This document shows, piece after piece, positions 1 to 7,422 of a DNA stretch of 64,000 nt. Location: contig LJUI01000001.1 of NCBI GenBank assembly GCA_001303705.1, positions 11,320 to 75,319 of the forward strand. Reading direction: 5' to 3'. A model generated the notes under the pieces. The model made no database searches. It was not told the DNA's origin and saw nothing but the letters and a program-made list of their open reading frames with translations. The DNA comes from a candidate division TA06 bacterium SM23_40 (GTDB taxonomy: Bacteria; LJUI01; SM1-40). The number at the start of each line of letters is the position of its first letter. Position 1 is the first letter of the stretch. The position numbers and the translations under genes are program-made.

Positions 1-542
1 AGAGAGTAGGTCAACGTCTCTTCATTCGGCACGACCCGGAAGTCTACGTACAGATGGCCAAGGGAGGTAGAGAGGTAGTAGTTGCGGAGGGCTTCGAGCT
101 GTCGCTCGAAATAGAGTTTGGTATGTGGGGGATCGTAGTACAGAGAGAGGGTATCCTCCTCGTTTCCCTCCAGATCCATTCTCCCGTTTCCCGTGGTCAG
201 GCTGCTCTCATCTTCCTGGAACTCGACTCGGATCGCTAGAACACGCACGGTGTCCTGGACCTGCTGCGCCGCCAGTTGGGGCGCAAGCATGACCCGTTCT
301 GCCCGTTTGCGCTCCAGGATGCGCCGCTCTGAAACGCCATCCCGCAGGCCTGGAACATGGAACCTCTCCACACCGGCATGCTCAGGTATGGGGCCCGCAG
401 GGCGCGAGCCCTTATCGACTTCAATACGCGCGGCGCGTGACGGCAGGACGCTGGCGAGAGCGACAAACAGAACAAGACACGCCGCGAGCAGAAGACGACA
501 GAGGTCCCGAGCTGGGTTACAGGCGTGGCCCCCAGACACCAC
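1..542 (-). CDS. secreted protein, N-terminal part only (gene runs off left edge); faint resemblance to M6/InhA-type metalloprotease N-termini
   Basis: Not in ORF track (GTG start, no stop in window). Minus frame from GTG 540-542 (or 537-539), GAGGAG 9 nt upstream. Reads VVSGGHACNPARDLCRLLLAACLVLFVALASVLPSRAARIEVDK (signal-peptide-like) ... VRVLAIRVEFQEDESSLTTGNGRMDLEGNEEDTLSLYYDPPHTKLYFERQLEALRNYYLSTSLGHLYVDFRVVPNEETLTYS, open to base 1. Track ORFs 193..549(+) and 236..580(-) are other frames of the same DNA and look non-protein-like. Confidence 0.55.
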   Translation of the reverse strand, partial: MVSGGHACNPARDLCRLLLAACLVLFVALASVLPSRAARIEVDKGSRPAGPIPEHAGVERFHVPGLRDGVSERRILERKRAERVMLAPQLAAQQVQDTVRVLAIRVEFQEDESSLTTGNGRMDLEGNEEDTLSLYYDPPHTKLYFERQLEALRNYYLSTSLGHLYVDFRVVPNEETLTYS

Positions 543-664
543 AGGCTGATTCTCCTCTCAACTACGCTCCCCTGAAGCAAGAAGTGTGAAGACCGGATGA
601 CCTCCGGCGCCGGAAGACCGCGCTGCGCTCCCCAGCTCGGATGACCATCCGGGATTGGCAGAAG

Positions 665-1651
665 CTAGAACCGCGCACCTAGCGAGAACTTCTTATTGTC
701 ATGCTGCACTTCGCCCCCGGGCTCCATGGCGAAGTCGAACATGAAGAACTTGACATTGAATCCGACCCCGAACGTCGGACCCTGAATCCGGCCTATCTTA
801 TCGTACACATATCCAGTCCGGAGCGCGAAGATATCGTAATAGATGTACTCAGCTCCCACGTGCTTCACTGCTTCATCGAACTCGTATCCAAGGTCGTCAC
901 CAAGTGCGACCAGTACCTTCGTCACCTCGCCGGCGACGGTCAACCGGGAGATCTCGTCGTCGAGCAGCCGATAGGCGAAGCCAAGCCGCAGATTCCGTGC
1001 CAGGGGGTCCGATTCCTCAGGGCTGATATAGCTGATGTTGGGCCCGAGATTCTGAAGGACCCCGGCCAGCGTGAGGTATGGCACAGGGCCCTTGTACAGG
1101 ATGCCCAGGTCGAGGGCATAGCTCGAGCCAGTACCCTTCCCCTGTTCCACGCCCGTGCCGAGATCGGCGAGATGGCTGTAGATATACTTCAGATTGGCTC
1201 CCACCCCCACGCTCTCAGACAGCTTCATGCCATAGGAGACGGCCGGCGCAATGTCATAGGCATAGAATTCGCCTAACTCCTCACCTTCTTCATTTGTCCG
1301 CACCTGCTTCCCGTATGAGAGCCAGGTGACATTCCCTCCCACGACGCCCCATTCCCCTAGCGGATGAACGTAGCTGCTGAACATGTAGTACAGATCGGGC
1401 GCGAATTCAGGCAGCCATTGAGAGTACATATACGTGATCTCATGCTCTGTGAGGAACGCGAGGCCAGCCGGATTGAAGTACGTGGCCGACGCGTCATCCG
1501 CCACCGCAGCGAATGCGCTGCCCATTCCGCTTGCCCTTGCCCCGGGGCGTATGAGCAGAAAGATCGTCCCGTACTCCGAGATAGCGTACGACTTGGAGGC
1601 GGCCCCGACGATAGCAGACGCTGCCATCAGAAGGATGACTATCCGTCTCAT
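665..1651 (-). CDS. porV: PorV/PorQ-family outer-membrane beta-barrel (type IX secretion)
   Basis: 328 aa. Signal peptide MRRIVILLMAASAIVGAASKSYA. Motif GARASGMGSAFAAVADDASATYFNPAGLAFL typical of the PorV/PorQ family. Beta-strand-like alternation through to C-terminal FSLGARF. AAGGAGGAA 8 nt before the ATG. Lies directly downstream of a C25 peptidase (porU-porV synteny known from Bacteroidota). Confidence 0.75.
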   Translation of the reverse strand: MRRIVILLMAASAIVGAASKSYAISEYGTIFLLIRPGARASGMGSAFAAVADDASATYFNPAGLAFLTEHEITYMYSQWLPEFAPDLYYMFSSYVHPLGEWGVVGGNVTWLSYGKQVRTNEEGEELGEFYAYDIAPAVSYGMKLSESVGVGANLKYIYSHLADLGTGVEQGKGTGSSYALDLGILYKGPVPYLTLAGVLQNLGPNISYISPEESDPLARNLRLGFAYRLLDDEISRLTVAGEVTKVLVALGDDLGYEFDEAVKHVGAEYIYYDIFALRTGYVYDKIGRIQGPTFGVGFNVKFFMFDFAMEPGGEVQHDNKKFSLGARF

Positions 1652-1690
1652 GTAATGATTCCTCCTTTGATAAGGCTCATCCCTGAGTAA

Positions 1691-1719
1691 ATCCTAGTAG
1701 CCGCGCCCACAGCTGTCAA
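1691..1719 (-). promoter_or_regulatory. candidate sigma70-type promoter for porV (TTGACA-N17-TAGGAT)
   Basis: Minus strand reads TTGACA gctgtgggcgcggctac TAGGAT. The -10 element ends 40 nt upstream of the porV ATG, in the 122-nt gap after the C25 peptidase stop. Confidence 0.3.
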
Positions 1720-1773
1720 GCGAAATCAGACTTGTCGGCCCGGCTTCCCGGCAGAGGCGGTCTCCCCCAGGCG

Positions 1774-4700
1774 CTACCGCAGCACCGCCAGCCTCCCAAT
1801 GGCACTCGCCTCCAGAATCACAGAACCGGACAACCCCGCACCACTCCTGGACGCCCTGGCGATGATCTTATAGATGTATACACCATTCGCCAACCGGTCT
1901 CCATCCTCGTCCCTGCCGTTCCACCAGACCTGGTTGTAGCCTGCCTCACCTGCGATGCCGGTAACCTTCCTTATAAGGCGCCCGCTCACTGTGAAGATCC
2001 GTATCTCGACGTCGGCATCCCGCGTGAGCTGGAAGGTGAAGTGGGTGTCATTCGGAAATGGATTGGGATAGTTAACGACGTGATCGATCCGCAGATCGAT
2101 ATCTTCGACGACTCTCACCACGGTCGAGACGCTCGTCCGATTGAGATGACTGTCGGACGCAGTCACCTCAATGGTGTCTTCTCCGGCCGGCAGAGTCAGT
2201 GGATACGTGAACCGGCCGCTCTGATAACTCCCCTGGTCATACACGAAATAGTCTGTGACGTCCAGCCAGTTCGCGGGGTCGTTGTTGATGATTATACGGA
2301 TCTGATGCCCGGTGATACCAGAGATGTTGATGCCGCTCGGGTCTGCGATTACGGCCTCCAGCGTGAGGTCTTCAGGAACGTAGTCTCCATCGACGATAGG
2401 CTTTCCGCTTGCGAACAGACGGATGCTCGGACCGAGCGTATCGGAGGTCGGCGCAGCTCCTGACCCACGGACACTCAGCGAATCGATCAATCCGCGACCC
2501 TCGCTCAACCCGTCCCAGAGATAGGCCGTCACCCTCCCCCTCTGTCCGCTATCGATTCCTTCCGGCACCACAAATTCGGCGCGCAACTGTCCGCCCACGA
2601 CCTGGGAGGTGCCCCTGAACAACTCGTCCCCGGGGAGGAGGTAACGCACCGTACTTCCGTTCGGTATCTGGTGATCGACCGTATCGATTGCCCCCGAGAC
2701 AACGACAAACGCCATCCCATCGACCGGAGCGCCCCCCAGCGTTACCGTCCCCTCCAGACTGAGTAGTTCTCCCGCAATCAGGCTATCCCTCGTCACAACG
2801 CTGTCGCCCACGACCGTAGTCAGCGAATCGAGCAGTACCGTCATGGGTGTCTCGGGCCGGCGATAGGCAATGGCGGGATCACCGAAGATCAGGTAGTATC
2901 TGTTAGTGGTCCAGAAGTTCGCCATCTTCCCGGAAGTCAGGCACTCTCCAACTGTCAGCAGGCTGTCGGCCAGAAGCGCGGCCAATGTCGTATCTGTCAA
3001 CTCGGCGTTAGGAGTGCTCTGGGTGGGACGACTCGCCGCAAAGCAAACCACCGCACCATCGTCGATGCGACTCATGTAACCGGCCATCGATTCGAGCAGT
3101 GGATCATCAAACTGCCCCACCGAGCAGGAAGCCACCATCATGATGTACCACATCGGCCGATTGGCGAACCGATCGATATCGACGGGATGTCGGAGTACCC
3201 GCTCGTGGGCGAGGACCGACGAATTCCCGTGCCCGATGTAGGAGACGACTCCAACGCCCCGATTGATCCCACGGATGATGTCCTCTCTCGCCTCCGGCTT
3301 CTGCCCTCCGGAATCTCTGGGATACTCCATGAGATAGACCTTCACCTGGTCATAGAGATCCGGGATATGATTATGAGAGAGATCTTCCGTATCCCTTACG
3401 TGTACTGTTTCCAGATTGCTGAATTCGCTGAATTCATCGTCCGCTATCAGCAGCACCCGGTTTCGCCAGGCGCCGAGCTCCGGACTGCCCTCGTACGCAA
3501 GCGTCTTGGCGATCCATGAAGCCGCCTCGGATTCCGAGCGAACGGCGAACCGACCGAGGTGTATGTCAGGAAAGCGGTCGTTTCCGTCGAAGTAGGCAAA
3601 CCAGTCGTCATAGGCTATGGTCTGGCTCTCATATGTGGGAATGAAGTTGAGGGAGATGGTGAGGCCCAGATTGTTCTTGAAATCGTAGCTTGCCGTGCCC
3701 AGAAACAGACAATAGGCGGGGGCCGGTGACCACTCGCCGCTCCTGACTGCATGTCTGAGGAAGTCCCGTATGGCTGTAGGATCGAGGAGCCCACCAGCGA
3801 ATTCATCATAGACATCCTGTGCGTCGATCAGCATCGCCCTGGGGGCAGTGACGCGGGCTAGATGATCCTCCCGCCAATCGACAAGCGCCTGAGCGGCTGA
3901 GAGGAAATCTTCATGACTGATGACGATATAGTCGGCGCCTGCCACAGGATGGCGAAGGTCAGAAGGTGAATCGGCCTCTATCCTCTCGGGCGACCGCAAC
4001 CCTGAACCGTCAACAGCCAGGTACTGCGAAGGTTCACTCGGTCCGTCATCGAACGTGAGACTGTCCGACCCGGCGGCGAACCCCGTGATCTCGACCGGCG
4101 AAAGCGGATCCGTGATGTCCCACACCTCGGCATCGGTCCCTATGCCTCGCACCGTGAACCGATAGATCCCTGTTGGAGCGATCGGACTCCCGAATCGCAG
4201 TCCGCCGCCAGCAGCGACAAATGCCCGCCTGTATTCGAGCTCGAAGTAGTCGAGGCGGACAGTGCTCGATGTCTCATCATCGGGTCCCCGGTAGTGCTCT
4301 ATCTCGATCGTATTCTGGCCTTCCTCCAGCCACGGTCCCTCCCCGGCGATGTTCACCTGGCCACTCCCCCAGACGGCCTCCCCCGCGAGATGGTCGTTCA
4401 GATAGAGACGTATGCGATGTGGATCGCCGCTCGATGCACTGAGGAGGGCCGCTCTGATCAGGACAGTATCGCCGCTCGTCACGCCTTCGAGGTTAACAGT
4501 ATAGTACGTGCTCACACTCGATTCCGTGCTCCCGCGTGTCAGTTCCTCCCAGATCCACTCCAGGCCCGAGCGCTCGTAGAGATTGATACGTTCCTCCTCA
4601 AGACGAATGCGGTCGGTGAATCTCGAGATGTCGACGGCACCCGGGTTCACCGGCGCCCCATACCGTTGCGGAACCCGTGCCCCCTGGACGCCGCCCCAAC

Positions 4701-5727
4701 TCAGCCAGTAGACATTCTCGTCTGTATATGGATTTCCATAGTAGAGGTATTGGCTGGACAGAGAATCGAACTCCCAGTCCGCCACTCCTACACCGTAGAA
4801 GAGGAGGTAATCCCCGGGGTCGAACGCCTCATCCTCCTCACCATTGACTTTGATCGGAACCTCTACCGAGTCGGGGCGAGGATCGGTGAGCGAAGTCGGG
4901 AGCACCCTTCCTCCCCAGCTATGCACCTTGAATGTCTGGGGATCGATCATCTCCACAGGAAGGCCGGCCGCAGCGAGATCGTTGTAGGTGAGCGCATAGA
5001 GCCCCGGCTCCGTCACGACAACCTTGTACCGCTCCCCCTGTGTCCACATTCCCCTCGCCGGGTAGGCCTCAGCTTCACTGCATCGCCTCCAGGATCTCGC
5101 CTGGTCGTAGTTGAGCAGCGTTCGCCGATAGATGGACTCAAACGGATCATCGGGTTCGGCAGGTGCACACCCCTCGCCCTCCACCGCAAACCGGACGTCC
5201 ACGACTATCCGCCGGGCGATCACAGCCCTTCCTCGGGCCGGTTCGTACCGCACTGGAAAGAGCGTCACGGAAAAAACGCGTTGATTGCGGAGAAAGGTCG
5301 GCTCGTCTGTTACCATCGGCGGCATCGGCGTCTCACGTTCAGCCGCCCGCGGGCCGGATCCGGCGGGGACAACGATGGGGATGTCTGCCTCAACCTCCGC
5401 GCCCCACTGCACCTCGATCAGTTCTGCCTCCACCGATCCTTCGAGGGGTACTCCGACGTGCACGCGCCGGATGGGCAGTTCGGGCTTCCCGATCTCCTGC
5501 AGACGCACGGTCCCTGGGAGGTAGAGTCTCCTCCCACGGAAGGAGGGCGTGCCCGGCTGGTACTCGAATACCAGGCCGTCACCCCGTGTTTCGATAATCT
5601 TCACCACGGCATCGTCTCTGCTTGCGTCTGCGCTGCCGGCCCACACGGTCACGATAGCCGCGATGATGAACGGGGCCACGCACCAGAGCAACGGAGATGA
5701 GCGTTTCATCATTCGGTATCCGAGCAT
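1774..5727 (-). CDS. porU: peptidase C25 (gingipain-like) family protein with T9SS C-terminal domain; PorU-like
   Basis: 1317 aa with N-terminal signal/anchor. C25-type catalytic contexts VVSYIGHGNSSVLAHE and YIMMVASCSVGQFDD. C-terminal ~90 aa NYPNPFPNDTHFTFQL...NGVYIYKIIA is a T9SS/FlgD-Ig-like sorting domain. Immediately followed by porV. Confidence 0.65.
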   Translation of the reverse strand: MLGYRMMKRSSPLLWCVAPFIIAAIVTVWAGSADASRDDAVVKIIETRGDGLVFEYQPGTPSFRGRRLYLPGTVRLQEIGKPELPIRRVHVGVPLEGSVEAELIEVQWGAEVEADIPIVVPAGSGPRAAERETPMPPMVTDEPTFLRNQRVFSVTLFPVRYEPARGRAVIARRIVVDVRFAVEGEGCAPAEPDDPFESIYRRTLLNYDQARSWRRCSEAEAYPARGMWTQGERYKVVVTEPGLYALTYNDLAAAGLPVEMIDPQTFKVHSWGGRVLPTSLTDPRPDSVEVPIKVNGEEDEAFDPGDYLLFYGVGVADWEFDSLSSQYLYYGNPYTDENVYWLSWGGVQGARVPQRYGAPVNPGAVDISRFTDRIRLEEERINLYERSGLEWIWEELTRGSTESSVSTYYTVNLEGVTSGDTVLIRAALLSASSGDPHRIRLYLNDHLAGEAVWGSGQVNIAGEGPWLEEGQNTIEIEHYRGPDDETSSTVRLDYFELEYRRAFVAAGGGLRFGSPIAPTGIYRFTVRGIGTDAEVWDITDPLSPVEITGFAAGSDSLTFDDGPSEPSQYLAVDGSGLRSPERIEADSPSDLRHPVAGADYIVISHEDFLSAAQALVDWREDHLARVTAPRAMLIDAQDVYDEFAGGLLDPTAIRDFLRHAVRSGEWSPAPAYCLFLGTASYDFKNNLGLTISLNFIPTYESQTIAYDDWFAYFDGNDRFPDIHLGRFAVRSESEAASWIAKTLAYEGSPELGAWRNRVLLIADDEFSEFSNLETVHVRDTEDLSHNHIPDLYDQVKVYLMEYPRDSGGQKPEAREDIIRGINRGVGVVSYIGHGNSSVLAHERVLRHPVDIDRFANRPMWYIMMVASCSVGQFDDPLLESMAGYMSRIDDGAVVCFAASRPTQSTPNAELTDTTLAALLADSLLTVGECLTSGKMANFWTTNRYYLIFGDPAIAYRRPETPMTVLLDSLTTVVGDSVVTRDSLIAGELLSLEGTVTLGGAPVDGMAFVVVSGAIDTVDHQIPNGSTVRYLLPGDELFRGTSQVVGGQLRAEFVVPEGIDSGQRGRVTAYLWDGLSEGRGLIDSLSVRGSGAAPTSDTLGPSIRLFASGKPIVDGDYVPEDLTLEAVIADPSGINISGITGHQIRIIINNDPANWLDVTDYFVYDQGSYQSGRFTYPLTLPAGEDTIEVTASDSHLNRTSVSTVVRVVEDIDLRIDHVVNYPNPFPNDTHFTFQLTRDADVEIRIFTVSGRLIRKVTGIAGEAGYNQVWWNGRDEDGDRLANGVYIYKIIARASRSGAGLSGSVILEASAIGRLAVLR

Positions 5728-5728
5728 T

Positions 5729-5899
5729 CTAGTCGTCGATCTTCTTTGCTTCGTCTATGAGCATGATCGGGATATCGTCCCTGATCGGGTAAGCGAGCTT
5801 GCATGCGCGACAGAGGAGACGTTCCCCCTTCTGGTCATATTCGAGCTCTCCCTTGCACTTGGGACATGCCAGAATCTCGAGAAGCTTATCATCCAGCAT
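5729..5899 (-). CDS. Trm112/YcaR (UPF0434) family zinc-ribbon protein
   Basis: 56 aa, below the track cutoff. Translated by eye: MLDDKLLEILACPKCKGELEYDQKGERLLCRACKLAYPIRDDIPIMLIDEAKKIDD. Has the CPxC...CxxC pair and the characteristic YPIRDDIPIML motif. Its stop lies 1 nt before the porU-like ATG. Confidence 0.8.
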   Translation of the reverse strand: MLDDKLLEILACPKCKGELEYDQKGERLLCRACKLAYPIRDDIPIMLIDEAKKIDD

Positions 5900-5960
5900 T
5901 GCAGAACCTCCTGATTCGGAACCGCTTACTCGCCGATGACACCCCCTGGGAGAGGGGTAT

Positions 5961-7319
5961 CTAACGCGCTGTAATCTCCTTCACCACCAATGCCACCGGA
6001 AGGGGACCGCTCTCTAGAATTGCGACAAGGCCACGCACCTCGTCCGAGGACATGCCGAGGCCGAATCTGATGATGCCGAGCTGTCCCCGCCTCACGATCG
6101 GTGCATCAACCACCCGCCGGTCCACAACGACCGCCAGGGGACGATCGACCAGACGTCCATCCTCGCCCAATCGCGCGGCGCAGAGTGAATCGAGTTCTAT
6201 CTCGACGAGAGGGCGGCTTAGATCGTCAAACGCCGAGCGCACTGCCCGCATACACCCCTGTGGTGTTCCGGACAGAGGGCGGAGAAGCACTAGAGGCCGG
6301 CTCACCTTCTCTCTTTCGAAGGCCAGCCTGGCGCCCTCTCCATAGCGCGATTCGACCCCCTCAGCACGGAGCGTCACGACATCTTCATCGGGCCAGCAGC
6401 CGAGCCACAACTCCAGCGAGCCCGGCCGGACGGCAACCTGAGCCACCTTGAACGGCGCATCCACATTTCCCAGGTCCAACACAATGCGCCGCCCCGCCAC
6501 ATCGACCTCGATGTCCGCTTCCGGGGCAAAGGATCGACATCGAGCCTCGACCACGGTGCGAGCCGCCTGAAGGAGTTGTTGTTGGGGACGCTCTTCAGCG
6601 CCGGGTTCTAACACGATCCGGTGGCGTCGACCAGCTGTGGGCAGCCGGAGCTCAAGGGGCCCCCCGATCTCATCGAACGCCATTTCCCACCATAGAGAGG
6701 GGGACGCCACGCCGTCCTCCCGCGCCAGTATGCGCTCGGGCAACAGCCGTTCGGCATCCACCCAGATCTGTCCGGTGACCGACTTCGTCATCGTGGGATC
6801 GAGGAGCGCAACATTCGGCTCAAATCCGAATACGTACATTCTCTTTTCACGGTGGATCTCCTCGCCCTCGAATGAGAACGGCCCCTTACCGAGGACCACC
6901 TCCACCTGGCCCAGAGGATTACTCGCCTCCTCGCGGGGGCCTCTCACCCACTCCCGTTCAGTTCCCAGAGACTTATACTGCTGGTCGCCTATGCCGTACG
7001 CCTCCTCCTCTTCCTCTTCCTCTCCGAATCGCCACGCTCCCCGGACATGCACGAGATCGGGCCAGACACGCTCACCCTCAAACGTAGCCTCCACCTGGCC
7101 GAGCGCGCCACCTGCATGCCTTCTCAGTTCCCAGCGAAAGCGGAATGGCTGCTCAGCGAGGTTCCCGAGTGCGTGCTCAACCATCTCCTCGGGCGGTGCA
7201 GGAGGGACGAGTGGGGTCTGATAACGAACCGGGGCGGGACAGCCCGCCACCGTCAACATCGACGCCAGTGCGCATGCTCGAGCAACCATCAGGAACCGCA
7301 CGACTCCTCCGGCGGACAC
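5961..7319 (-). CDS. putative lipoprotein, family not recognised
   Basis: 452 aa. Lipobox-like ASMLTVAGC. Acidic run GEEEEEEEAYG. C-terminal segment RPLAVVVDRRVVDAPIVRRGQLGIIRFGLGMSSDEVRGLVAILESGPLPVALVVKEI is vaguely SecD-periplasmic-head-like (low confidence). Start may be the internal ATG (MVARACALAS...). Confidence 0.55.
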   Translation of the reverse strand: MSAGGVVRFLMVARACALASMLTVAGCPAPVRYQTPLVPPAPPEEMVEHALGNLAEQPFRFRWELRRHAGGALGQVEATFEGERVWPDLVHVRGAWRFGEEEEEEEAYGIGDQQYKSLGTEREWVRGPREEASNPLGQVEVVLGKGPFSFEGEEIHREKRMYVFGFEPNVALLDPTMTKSVTGQIWVDAERLLPERILAREDGVASPSLWWEMAFDEIGGPLELRLPTAGRRHRIVLEPGAEERPQQQLLQAARTVVEARCRSFAPEADIEVDVAGRRIVLDLGNVDAPFKVAQVAVRPGSLELWLGCWPDEDVVTLRAEGVESRYGEGARLAFEREKVSRPLVLLRPLSGTPQGCMRAVRSAFDDLSRPLVEIELDSLCAARLGEDGRLVDRPLAVVVDRRVVDAPIVRRGQLGIIRFGLGMSSDEVRGLVAILESGPLPVALVVKEITAR

Positions 7320-7422
7320 GGCGAATCAATCTTGCAGGTCTCCGGCTCCTCAGTCCCGTACCGACCGGCGATGCGTGAGACTCGCGCACTTTTGGTCGAA
7401 GACTGCGGATGTAAGGAAAGGA

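Noticed and set aside
193-580. Track ORFs 193..549(+) and 236..580(-) at the left edge
   Set aside because: A third frame (minus strand, GTG start with a Shine-Dalgarno sequence) gives a signal peptide and protein-like sequence open to the window edge. The two listed ORFs look compositionally random.
603-614. Perfect 12-nt palindrome TCCGGCGCCGGA downstream of porV
   Set aside because: It cannot form a hairpin with a viable loop, and no T-tract follows. A GC-rich palindrome of this size is plausible by chance.
4294-5700. Long plus-strand ORF (468 aa). Similar plus-strand ORFs include 9523..10167, 17480..18151, 19255..20088, 34384..35346, 46563..47375, 51218..52186, 54653..55321 and 55417..56253.
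   Set aside because: All lie antisense to minus-strand genes that have clear domain motifs. Their translations are Arg/Pro/Ser/His-rich with no recognisable motif. This is typical of shadow ORFs in GC-rich DNA.
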